Below the pieces are notes generated by a model, which saw only the letters and a list, made by a program, of their open reading frames with translations, was not told the origin of the DNA and ran no database searches. Below are positions 49,517 through 58,890 of a stretch of 64,000 bases of DNA, one piece after another. Positions within the stretch are counted from its first letter, which is position 1; every line of letters begins with the position of its first letter. A program made the position numbers and the translations under genes. This DNA is from Pseudomonadota bacterium. Its GTDB lineage: Bacteria; Pseudomonadota; Gammaproteobacteria; Burkholderiales; Nitrosomonadaceae. The stretch lies in contig JAFEEI010000008.1 in the NCBI GenBank assembly GCA_018241205.1, forward strand, positions 2,924 to 66,923, given 5' to 3'.

Positions 49517-51205
49517 ATGAGTATAAAAGTTTTATGTAACGTAAAAAGACAAAACAACTTGCCAGGGTCTTTTTTGGCAATTAAATTTACAAATAAATTT
49601 AATGAAGAACACATCTATTTATTTCCTACAAAATATTTATTAAATCAAAGGCTATTAAAAGAATGGTTTGTTGAACACCATTTTGACCTGCCACCCGATG
49701 ATGAATGGGAAAAAATCAGTGTATTGCTTAAGCAAAAAATAGATATAACAGGTGAAATAGTTGACCGGATTGGTTTCTTTGGGAATAGCTATCTCCTCCC
49801 AGACGGAACTATCATTGGCGAACAGAAAAATCATTTATTGTTCCTAGATCCGGTGCGGGCCAAACAACTTCCAGATTTTAGTGCCAGTGGTTCATTGGAA
49901 GATTGGAAAAATAATATTGCATCTGCTGGGGAATGCAGTAGTCGCATTATGCTGGGCATATGTAATGGTTTTTCTGGATATCTCTTGAAAATAACCGACA
50001 TTGAAAACGGTGGATTTCACATTCATGGCATTAGTTCAAGTGGAAAAACCACATCTGAAAAAATCGTGGTTTCCATTTCAGGCCCCATCAGCAATCTACG
50101 GACTTGGAATATTACTGAAACCGGTGCCGAGGAACTTGCATGCAGTTTTAATTATAATTGCCTTACGCTTGATGAATTAAAAGCATCCGATCAAGATCCA
50201 AAAGTAGCAGCCAAAAAAAGAGAGACGATTAGTTATAGACTCTGCTCTGGAATTGAGAAGAAGAGAGGGAGTAATTTTAAATCTGACCAATTACAATGGA
50301 GAAATGTAATATTTAGTACAGGGGAGGAAAGTTTAGAAAAGCAAGCCCAAAAGGGTGGAATCGACAGATTAGATGGAGACAAAGTTCGTATCATTGATGT
50401 CCCTGCTGATGCTGGTCAAGGTATGGGTATCTTTGAAACATTGCCCCCAAATTTTTCCAATGCCAGTGACTACGCAATACATCTAACCGATCAAGTACAG
50501 AAATACTATGGCACTGCACAGATTGCGTTCCTTGAGAAATTCGTTGCCGATCTTAATGATGAGAGTGCTGAAATTCCTATCAAAGTACAAGTAAATAAAT
50601 GGATAAAGAAATTTATTAGGAAACAGGAGGTTGATTTAGATAATGGAATAGAAGTACGATTTGCAAGTCGTTTCGCGCTTGCCTGTGCAGCAGGGTTACT
50701 TGGTGTTAAGTTTGGTATTTTACCATTTACTAGCGATCAGATATACAGGGGTATTTCAAAATGTTATAGAGATGCCCTGGCTTTTCGGCCAGAAACTTGG
50801 ATACAAAGATTTGTCAGATATGATGATGGTTTAGTTAGCTATCTGGATTCTAATGAATTTCCTGTATTAGAATCGAAAAAAACATGGAGTCCCGCTGCAC
50901 TTGATATGATTGATAGATTAGCTCTCACGATAAATGACATAAACGTTATTGCAATTAAACCGGAAACATTCGAAAACCAAGAATTGGTTCCCCCCAGCGA
51001 TCTTACTAAATTTTGCAAGCAGCTTGCATTAAAAGGATTCTTATTACTTGATGGAAGTACCAATAATACTCGACAAATATCATACAAGGGGATAAAGATC
51101 GGTCGATTTCATTGTTTTGTCTGGCAAAGAAATGATGAGAATATTGAGGCCGCAAAGATGCTCAACAAAAGTTATGCTGAGAAGAAAGGTGCTAAAAGAG
51201 GGTAG
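49517..51205 (+). CDS. DUF927 domain ATPase/helicase (Cch-like)
   Basis: GSLEDWK, GGFHIHGISSSGKTT Walker A, LDE, STGE and YGTA motifs; AAGGA SD before ATG at 49517. Confidence 0.85.
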   Translation: MSIKVLCNVKRQNNLPGSFLAIKFTNKFNEEHIYLFPTKYLLNQRLLKEWFVEHHFDLPPDDEWEKISVLLKQKIDITGEIVDRIGFFGNSYLLPDGTIIGEQKNHLLFLDPVRAKQLPDFSASGSLEDWKNNIASAGECSSRIMLGICNGFSGYLLKITDIENGGFHIHGISSSGKTTSEKIVVSISGPISNLRTWNITETGAEELACSFNYNCLTLDELKASDQDPKVAAKKRETISYRLCSGIEKKRGSNFKSDQLQWRNVIFSTGEESLEKQAQKGGIDRLDGDKVRIIDVPADAGQGMGIFETLPPNFSNASDYAIHLTDQVQKYYGTAQIAFLEKFVADLNDESAEIPIKVQVNKWIKKFIRKQEVDLDNGIEVRFASRFALACAAGLLGVKFGILPFTSDQIYRGISKCYRDALAFRPETWIQRFVRYDDGLVSYLDSNEFPVLESKKTWSPAALDMIDRLALTINDINVIAIKPETFENQELVPPSDLTKFCKQLALKGFLLLDGSTNNTRQISYKGIKIGRFHCFVWQRNDENIEAAKMLNKSYAEKKGAKRG

Positions 51206-51223
51206 TGAATAATTGATCAAGGT

Positions 51224-51266
51224 ACATGAGCGGATAATTAAATGCTGGGTTATTCGCTCATGTTTT
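51224..51266 (+). terminator. Intrinsic terminator after the DUF927 gene
   Basis: ACATGAGCGGATAA ... TTATTCGCTCATGT followed by a T run. Confidence 0.55.
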
Positions 51267-51330
51267 CTAAATTACTATTTTTGCTTAAACAAGCCACAGC
51301 AACCTCCAAAATTACCTCGCAATATAGCCA

Positions 51331-51934
51331 TTGAAAAATATCGCTCTAATCCTGTTAGTTTCAATCCTGGCGGCAATTTCCGGCTGTGCTGTAGAAAAGC
51401 GGGTTGCGCCGGTTCAGCAAGAATCAACTGCCGCTCCTGCTCAAATCAGTCCCTACAATCGCAAAGATTGGCCGCATTGGATAGATGCCGATGGGGATTG
51501 TCAGAACACACGGCAGGAAATGCTGATCGCTACCAGCCGGGTTCCGGTTAAATTTAAAGATGCCAGGCAATGTACGGTAGTCTCCGGTGTACGGTGAATG
51601 GTTCGGTGTGTACACAGGCAAGACGTTCACCAAAGCTTCGGATGTCGATATTGATCATATTGTGCCCTTAGCTCATGCGCATCGGCACGGCGCGGACAAA
51701 TGGATGCGGGATCAGCGACGTGTGTTTGCCAATGATTTCGAGAATCTTCTGGTCGTTGATGATTCGGTCAATCAATCGAAATCGGATCAGGCACCGCATG
51801 AATGGTTGCCGCCACGTAAAGATTACTGGTGCGAGTATGGCAAGCGTTGGGAGTACATCAAGGAAAAATATTGGTTGTGGTTTAACGAGCTGGAGCTGAA
51901 AACTTTGATTTTATTAGCCGAGAATTGTCGATAA
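51331..51934 (+). pseudogene. Frameshifted HNH (DUF1524-like) endonuclease lipoprotein
   Basis: Lipobox ISGC and YNRKDWPHWIDADGDCQNTR in the first frame; DIDHIVPL..ANDFENL..NQSK in the second; 7-bp insertion at 51589-51595. Confidence 0.8.
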
Positions 51935-51982
51935 CGAATTACTCAGTGTCGCCAAGTATCTGTGGGTAAATCGAAATCTCCG

Positions 51983-54900
51983 TTACCTGCTTCGTAGGTA
52001 TACCATTAATCGCTCATAACGATTATCTTGCTTTGCCCCCGACCAAGCCTGCACGATGGAATTCAAACAGTTGCTCAGTTCATCGGGTACCCATTGTTGA
52101 TTATCAATAATTGCATCAAGTAATTGTAAGGCTTCCTTAGGAAAGCGTACACATAAATTCGATTGCTGCAGGAGGTGGATAACGTAGTCGGGATGCTCCA
52201 AGGACTGAAGCCAGTCTCGTACAGTAGACAGCGCGGCAGGAAATTCACCTCTTGCTGAGATAGCCAGGCGTGCGAGATACTCCGCAATTACTTTGGAAGT
52301 CAATTCGCGGGATTTTGGCCAGACTTTCTGCCAAAAAATCTGGATGCGGTTTTTCCAATATTGCTCCCGCTGTTCACCCGCACCTTCCAACGCAGAATCC
52401 AAGGCTTGTGCGCATTTCTGCAAACCATCCTGCGGCAAGGATTTGAAGGCTTCAGTAAGTTCTGCTGTCGTGAATGGGGTTGCAGGATCCAGCGCAGCGT
52501 AGGTCAAGAAGGTTGCGTACTGACGACCAAGATCGTTCAACTCTGGGTAGTGCTGCGCAGTTTCGAGGAAGCTTGTTTTGAAGGCGACTAGCAACGGAAG
52601 ATACAAACGTGGTGACCACAAAAAACCTTCCCATGTGGCGCGTGCCTCAATCGCAGAAGATTTCCAATCGAACAACGGCAGAAGAAATGCTTCCGTCCAC
52701 TCTCGATCTACACGGAACAATGCAATGATACGCGATGCTAACAATACCCGCGCATGGCGATACTGTTCTATGTGCGTGTTACACAGCATTGAAAACAAGA
52801 ACTTCAAGTTGTCCGGAAGGCGTTGGTTGTCATCGGGATCTTGCCGGAACCAGAAGTGCAGCAGGGCTTGCGTGACCTGACCCACCGAATGATTGAGAGC
52901 TCGATTCATCGGTTGATCTGTATCCATTATGCTATTCTGATGCTGCATCTCTAGAATGCGGCGGCACAGTTCGAGGAAAACTGTTTCGTGCCGATCATCC
53001 AATATCTTTGCTACTGCTTCCAGCCACCAAGTCACGCTGTGGGCGATGCTTAGCAGCACATTGTCGGGCATATCATGTAACATTGGAGCAATGTATTGCC
53101 AAGAAAGATGTAGCAACTTCTCATTGCTCCAGGCTTGTAGTGCTTCGCCCCAACGCTCAGCGGGCCAATGGTTCTTGCGCGCAAGATCGCACAATGCATA
53201 GGCCGATACAAAGAAGCGCTCACTACAAGTTTCACGCCAATTGTCTTCGGAATTATTCCCTTTTATTTTCTCGCGTTGAAGCCAAGCAACCAACTCACGC
53301 CGCTTACGTGGCGCCCTATCAATCTCTCTCTGATTTTCTTCATGATCAGGATCGCCAGTACCACTCATCCAATGTAAAAACTCATCTCGCTCATTATTTG
53401 CAATCCGCCAATCGGGGTGCGCCATTGAGAGTTCTGTATATCTAGCATGTGCGGTATCACTCAACTTGCTACTATTAGAAGTGAGCTTAGCAAGACGCAA
53501 CCAGATCGCACGGTCGACTTGATTCTGCAACCATTCAGGCTCGATATTCTCTCTGAAAATTTCGCGCGGCGGCCCTGCCAAAATAGCAGCTTCCAATTGT
53601 GCACGTGCAGTTTCTGGCAATTGAGCGCCTTGTAGCACCAAAAGTCGCATAGTTTCGCGTTGAGTATCAAATGACCACAACCACCAATTCCTATCAGTTA
53701 ACAACCACTCTGTCCACTCTCCATTTGGAGAGGCACCCTCATACGTCGCCGCAAAGAAAGCCAATCGCTTAAACGTAGGGTATGGCTGACTAAACCAACT
53801 CTGCGCTATATACCGTGCACGGGCACGATCGACTTGATATACGGCTATCCAGGCATCACGTAGCATTTCAATAAGCGCAACCCAATCGTGGTAACCTCGG
53901 TTCTGCCAATGAGGACTGATTGAGGGAAGATCCCAATATGCTTGATCATGTCGATCATCAGCTTCTCCCAGTTCATGCAGCAGATCCAGCGCATCGCGAA
54001 GTAGCTGTTGGAAGTCATTGACCATTTCTGGCAAAATATCATGCCATCTATCTGACTTTTCTATGTTATTCAGCCATGAGTGGACGTGATCTGCGGAAAG
54101 CACAAGTTCGAAACCAATCAATTCATTAAGTCTCTCCGGCGCGCTAGTCTTGGTATCGTCCTTCTCCCAGCTAAAGGGCTTTGTCAGTGCAACCTTGGGT
54201 GCGAGCAATTCGCGCAGTTCCAGACGCAGCGTGGCAGTAAGTCCATCGCGTTTGAAGTAATCAAGCCAACGATACAGATCAAAATGACGCCAGGGCGATT
54301 TTACTCGGCCCGTAAGCAACAGCCTCCAGAGTATGCGCATTAGCCCCCCAGGAATTGCATTAGGTGAATTGGCACGAATGCGATCCAACTCAGCGGTATT
54401 CCCTTCTCGCTCTAGCGATGTTAGCTTGTTCAACTCGATTTCGATTAGTCTAACGAATTCATTATGAAGCCTACTGCCGCGCTGTACTAACCAGAGCACT
54501 AGAGCTGGGTCATTCAAATGTCGCGTGAGCCAACGAGCTAACTGGGTCATGACGCCATCCCATTGATTGGCCTTTGCACCACCCGATACTAAGCTCATCC
54601 AAGGTGCTCGAGTGTATGGTGTGGGACGGCGTGTCAGGCTGAATAACAGAGTGTTATCATGCTCGGTGCACGGCGATATTCCAAAACGAAGCAGATCATC
54701 ATGGCGGTAGCGATCATCGCCTAAGGCTTCTAGCCAATCTAAGTGAGGTACCGGGTTGAATTCTGCGAATCGCTTGGCAGGGAGACCGGATTCATGCGAT
54801 AGCGCCCAGAGCATGCGACCAACAAAGTCATCTTGCCGAGTACTTGAGGAAGGGCGAGTCATTGCATAATCAACTACGATGCGTTCTTTGCCCTGTACAC

Positions 54901-55789
54901 CATCACGGTAGATTTCCGCCCAGACATTAAGTGTGCGGTACAATGCGGAATGGTCATTGTTTTCGTTGGGCACATTATAAAGGATAGGTGTGACGCCTTT
55001 AGCTTCCCATTCAATAGTTTTGGCCATTTCCTGTCCCGACAAGCAGTCACCCAGAGCATAAGCTTGGGGCGTGATTTCACCCAGCATACGATCCGCTGCC
55101 AATGCATCCATCATGTAACGCAGGACAGGGTCGTTGATACTGTAACCGACGAAGCAAACAACGTAGTTTCGAAAAAGCTCGCTAACAAAACGTGCTGCCC
55201 AACGCTCAGTCAAGTAGGCTAGGCCAAAGTCTCCACTAGTCAGTACCAGTTTATTTAGTTCACTTTCTTCAGATTCTTGCGGCAATAGGCCGTGTAGATA
55301 AACCACTCCATTCCAGCGACTATTTTTTGGGATGGGTAACATGGGAGCTGAATATATAGGTATAGTCGGCTTGGATCTTACTATCAAGCGTTGGAAAATG
55401 CGATCGAAGTTAGTAGTTACCAATCTCACTACACCTTCACGGCTACGTGCTAGCTGCAACAAGGCTGCATGTGGCTCCGTAGCGCCTTTGCGCCGCAATT
55501 TTGGCTTAAGTATCTTAGTCAATGCGGTACGAACAGCTGTACGCTGCCCAGGGAGACGGCGCTCTAGCAAATCTAGCGTAGCATCATATTGTGAGCGAAA
55601 ATAAGCATTCTCCTCAAGTTGATTTGGCACAGTACCAACATTACGGTAAATTTCATCTACCAATCCTTTAAATCCAGGCAACCCTGCCGAGTAGGAAATG
55701 CCAGCGCCGCAGAAAAATACTACCCGACCTTCTTCATGCGCTTGCAAAAGTGCATCGGGAATATCTGGACCATACTGAATAAACTGCAC
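51983..55789 (-). CDS. dsr1: Anti-phage defence-associated sirtuin DSR1 (SIR2 NADase)
   Basis: VVFFCGAGIS, TTNFD, YLHG and FVGYSINDP SIR2 motifs plus a long helical C-terminus; 1268 aa. Confidence 0.85.
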   Translation of the reverse strand: MQFIQYGPDIPDALLQAHEEGRVVFFCGAGISYSAGLPGFKGLVDEIYRNVGTVPNQLEENAYFRSQYDATLDLLERRLPGQRTAVRTALTKILKPKLRRKGATEPHAALLQLARSREGVVRLVTTNFDRIFQRLIVRSKPTIPIYSAPMLPIPKNSRWNGVVYLHGLLPQESEESELNKLVLTSGDFGLAYLTERWAARFVSELFRNYVVCFVGYSINDPVLRYMMDALAADRMLGEITPQAYALGDCLSGQEMAKTIEWEAKGVTPILYNVPNENNDHSALYRTLNVWAEIYRDGVQGKERIVVDYAMTRPSSSTRQDDFVGRMLWALSHESGLPAKRFAEFNPVPHLDWLEALGDDRYRHDDLLRFGISPCTEHDNTLLFSLTRRPTPYTRAPWMSLVSGGAKANQWDGVMTQLARWLTRHLNDPALVLWLVQRGSRLHNEFVRLIEIELNKLTSLEREGNTAELDRIRANSPNAIPGGLMRILWRLLLTGRVKSPWRHFDLYRWLDYFKRDGLTATLRLELRELLAPKVALTKPFSWEKDDTKTSAPERLNELIGFELVLSADHVHSWLNNIEKSDRWHDILPEMVNDFQQLLRDALDLLHELGEADDRHDQAYWDLPSISPHWQNRGYHDWVALIEMLRDAWIAVYQVDRARARYIAQSWFSQPYPTFKRLAFFAATYEGASPNGEWTEWLLTDRNWWLWSFDTQRETMRLLVLQGAQLPETARAQLEAAILAGPPREIFRENIEPEWLQNQVDRAIWLRLAKLTSNSSKLSDTAHARYTELSMAHPDWRIANNERDEFLHWMSGTGDPDHEENQREIDRAPRKRRELVAWLQREKIKGNNSEDNWRETCSERFFVSAYALCDLARKNHWPAERWGEALQAWSNEKLLHLSWQYIAPMLHDMPDNVLLSIAHSVTWWLEAVAKILDDRHETVFLELCRRILEMQHQNSIMDTDQPMNRALNHSVGQVTQALLHFWFRQDPDDNQRLPDNLKFLFSMLCNTHIEQYRHARVLLASRIIALFRVDREWTEAFLLPLFDWKSSAIEARATWEGFLWSPRLYLPLLVAFKTSFLETAQHYPELNDLGRQYATFLTYAALDPATPFTTAELTEAFKSLPQDGLQKCAQALDSALEGAGEQREQYWKNRIQIFWQKVWPKSRELTSKVIAEYLARLAISARGEFPAALSTVRDWLQSLEHPDYVIHLLQQSNLCVRFPKEALQLLDAIIDNQQWVPDELSNCLNSIVQAWSGAKQDNRYERLMVYLRSR

Positions 55790-56263
55790 GATCAGGCCTG
55801 TTCCGCGAACAATTTTTCCAGTGTAGCGATATCAGGTTTGTTAATAAACAAATTATATTTAATTAGCATAATAAGCAATTGTATCAACAACCAATTCATA
55901 TGATAATTTTTCATCTGTATTGATTTGATCATCTACAAAGATAGAATTCTTACTAATCATCATGTCGTGACCAAAAACGGATTTTCCAGAGATAAACTAT
56001 TGAAACTGCTTTAATTACAACAGATTAAGTTTGAGTTTATACAAATAGTATATCCAGCTAAAATTTGTTCCATTTACCAAGAAAATCCTTATACCAAATT
56101 CCAGAATTTGGATCGTTTAACCCATAGTAAATCATATTGATAATAATAAGTCAGGCGATTAAAATTGATCCAGACTTATTATATTGAGCAAATCATGCCA
56201 ATAATGCGATTTATATATACTCTTCTCATTAGTTAGCTTTTAGCCTATAAACTCATTCATTTT

Positions 56264-56836
56264 TTACTCAAGAGACAATAAATAAGTCAAAGTCGGCCAC
56301 AAGGTATACATTTCCCGGCTTTCCGTTTCAATGGTGCAGCGATCCCGGGCAATTCTTCGGATACCCGATGAATCCGATAGAATCAGCGCATTGGGCGTAA
56401 TTTGTCTCACGCAAGTCCAATGTTTGATGCGGCCGCTCAAGCTGATAATGACCGCCGAGTCCGGTTGGCTTAAATGATCGCTCAGTTTTTGCCAGTATTG
56501 ATCCAGTGTCACATCGTCGGTATCGAACGCGATTTGTTTGCGCAGTTTGCGATTCTGGTACTTTTTGACGGATTTGATGGCGATATCAATGAAACCGCCT
56601 TTGGCGTCAATATCACTAAAGCCCCAAATCAACGCATCTTCCAGCAGATCATGCTTAGCCAAGTATCCAATCAGGTTTTTATATAAAACTCTTCGCTGGC
56701 TGGCTTTACGTTTAAGCTTGGGATCATAGTGAAATTTACCAATGACAATCTCGGTTGCATTCATCACTGAATACACGCCACACAGTCCATCAATACTGCC
56801 TTGCCGGATGGGCATGATATGTTCCTCATCATCCAT
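56264..56836 (-). CDS. Papain-fold (C39/Josephin-like) cysteine peptidase-like protein
   Basis: QGSIDGLCGVYSVMNA (Gln/Cys), HWTCV (His) and LSDS (Asp); no signal peptide. Confidence 0.6.
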   Translation of the reverse strand: MDDEEHIMPIRQGSIDGLCGVYSVMNATEIVIGKFHYDPKLKRKASQRRVLYKNLIGYLAKHDLLEDALIWGFSDIDAKGGFIDIAIKSVKKYQNRKLRKQIAFDTDDVTLDQYWQKLSDHLSQPDSAVIISLSGRIKHWTCVRQITPNALILSDSSGIRRIARDRCTIETESREMYTLWPTLTYLLSLE

Positions 56837-56841
56837 ACCGG

Positions 56842-57771
56842 CTACCAGATTTGGCTGACCGCATTGTTTTGAAACAACTGACTATCGCGGATATAGCGTT
56901 GCAACATCAGATCCGACTTATGCGCAGTTTGCTGCCGGATTTTCCAGGAACTGACTCCGGCTTGTGCTGCACTGGTCACCAATCCTGCCCGTAAACTATG
57001 CCCAGAATACTGTTTCGGATTCAAACCAGCATCACGCACGCGCTGTTTGACGATCAAAGCCACCGATGCCGAGCATAATCCATAGTCAGTAACTTGATCG
57101 AAGCGGTTCATGCGGCGAAACAATGCACCGGTTTTGATGCATGATTTTTCCAACCAAACTTTTAATGCGCGTACCGGACAATGACGGCTTTTGATAAAAG
57201 GGATCGCCACTTTTCGTCCCACCCCATTTTGATCAGTCTTGCTGCGCCGGACATGGATCAATACACCTTCCGTCACAAATCGCACATCCTCCACTTGTAA
57301 CGCCACCAATTCCGAGCGGCGGAATGCTCCGGCAAAGCCGATCAGCAATAATGCTTTGTCACGGATACCGATCAATCCGGTTAGTCTTTTCGTGATCTTC
57401 ATCAGATCAGCTTTGAGCAATGGCATGACTTGACGCTGCTTGCTGCCGTTGATGCGACGGATACCGCGCAAAGTATCAGTCACCAGTGCGGATCGGGTTG
57501 GCGATTTCAGTCCTTTATCTTTATGCGCATGATTGATGGCTACCACACGCCGGTTCAAAGTCGCCAGTGATAATGTATTGGCATGAACCGCCAGATAGGA
57601 TGCAACGCATCGAGGTGTTGCTGGAATTTTGCCGCCGCTTTTCAGGAAATGGGCAATATCGTATTGGTAAGCCAATCGGGTATTCCTGGCTTGCGTGGCC
57701 GCCAGATATTTTCGGACTTTCTTGCGAGAATGGTTGCTTGATAAAGTTAGTTTGTTTTTCATCTGCCCCAT
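56842..57771 (-). CDS. Cre/TnpS-like site-specific tyrosine recombinase
   Basis: RDKALLLIGFAGAFRRSEL, RSKTDQ, YSGHSLRAG and RYIR catalytic Tyr; start at 57771 or 57762. Confidence 0.92.
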   Translation of the reverse strand: MGQMKNKLTLSSNHSRKKVRKYLAATQARNTRLAYQYDIAHFLKSGGKIPATPRCVASYLAVHANTLSLATLNRRVVAINHAHKDKGLKSPTRSALVTDTLRGIRRINGSKQRQVMPLLKADLMKITKRLTGLIGIRDKALLLIGFAGAFRRSELVALQVEDVRFVTEGVLIHVRRSKTDQNGVGRKVAIPFIKSRHCPVRALKVWLEKSCIKTGALFRRMNRFDQVTDYGLCSASVALIVKQRVRDAGLNPKQYSGHSLRAGLVTSAAQAGVSSWKIRQQTAHKSDLMLQRYIRDSQLFQNNAVSQIW

Positions 57772-57775
57772 CCCT

Positions 57776-57991
57776 CTATTTGATGGTGACATAACGCATG
57801 CAGGTAATGAGCAGATGGTTGTAGTCACCTGCAGTCGCTTCACGCATAAAGTCATCCGCCAGTTCCGGACGATTACTACTCAGAATGCAGCGGTGAACAT
57901 AGCCAAGAATTGCGAATGCATTGCTGTCTTTACCTATTATTTGCACCACGGCATCGGTGAGTGGAGTGGATGGTCTTTCAATTAATGGCAT
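57776..57991 (-). CDS. Small mobile-element hypothetical protein
   Basis: GKDSNAFAILG...EATAGDYNHLL motif; AGGAG SD; first gene of the recombinase operon. Confidence 0.7.
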   Translation of the reverse strand: MPLIERPSTPLTDAVVQIIGKDSNAFAILGYVHRCILSSNRPELADDFMREATAGDYNHLLITCMRYVTIK

Positions 57992-58028
57992 AACATTTCT
58001 CCTAAGCAATTGATAACATAGTCATCAC

Positions 58029-58061
58029 GGTCGTCATAATGATCAGTTATCGTAAGTTGAA
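58029..58061. repeat. Site C: recombinase half-site with degenerate left arm
   Basis: TTATCGTAAGTTGAA at 58047-58061, whose first 11 bp are identical to the site B arm; upstream of the recombinase operon. Confidence 0.6.
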
Positions 58062-58203
58062 CATGCATAAAAAAGGCCCGCCAGCATTGGGTTTGCAGGC
58101 AGGCTAACGTTGGGTGTTTTCATTTATCTTGCTCCCATAACACCCGAAAAGAGCTTGTTGAAATTCAACCGAAAGCTAGAACATAGAAAACTGTTTCAAT
58201 GTT

Positions 58204-58512
58204 TCAATATTCCTCGGGCAACAGCAAAGTGGTGACGCTGCGATCCGCTTCGGTGATGATCCATAGATTCTGATCATCGCTGATGGCGTAACTTGATAAG
58301 ATGCGCCAGCCGTTTTCAATTGAACGCTGGTTTTCTTCTGCATCGCCAAGTGGCACATTGCCCCAGTCACCGGATTGATGACGCTTGATAAGATCCATTG
58401 CATTGATGGCATATTGATCCAGTGCTTCCAGAGCTCCGGGAGTAGCTACTACTTGGCCTAACGGAAATAGCGCAATAGGCCGCTGCTCCCGTGTAGACTT
58501 GGGATTACACAT
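58204..58512 (-). CDS. Plasmid/IME-related hypothetical protein
   Basis: LGQVVATPGAL...RHQSGDWG...WIITEADRSVTTLLLPEEY family pattern. Confidence 0.8.
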   Translation of the reverse strand: MCNPKSTREQRPIALFPLGQVVATPGALEALDQYAINAMDLIKRHQSGDWGNVPLGDAEENQRSIENGWRILSSYAISDDQNLWIITEADRSVTTLLLPEEY

Positions 58513-58855
58513 TTCTTTTCTCCTTTTTCAGTGCGAGCAAAAGCAGACGGGGGCATAAATGCGCCTGTCCTGATTGCTGCGATTAGTGGGATTGTTTTGG
58601 GGTGTTACTGAGGCGCTACCAGATACTTTGAAACGTACTGGTATTGCAAATGGGCCGCTTGAGTGAAGCTGCTTAATTTATGCAGCGCAGTAAACACTAA
58701 CTTAGTGATCTGCACAAACAATTACAATTGCAATACAGCTCTATTTTAATAGGTTGTTTTATGCGCTCAAAATGGCAATGATATTTTTATCAACTACTTA
58801 TGAACCTATACTGCTATCGACCAAGATGAAAAGGTAAATGAAAGATCAACCAGGG

Positions 58856-58889
58856 TTGACGATGGCCCATATTTCTAATATATTGGAAA
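58856..58889 (+). promoter_or_regulatory. ars promoter with ArsR operator
   Basis: TTGACG-N17-TATATT overlapped by palindrome TTTCTAATATATTGGAAA (16/18). Confidence 0.7.
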
Positions 58890-58890
58890 G

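Noticed and set aside
51920-51946. Fourth CGATAA recombination site at the HNH stop codon
   Set aside because: Only the 6-bp core matches, with no partner arm at a 6-bp distance.
56842-57771. Recombinase as the island's tRNA integrase
   Set aside because: It is a short Cre/TnpS-like protein lacking an arm-binding domain and lies 22 kb from the tRNA.
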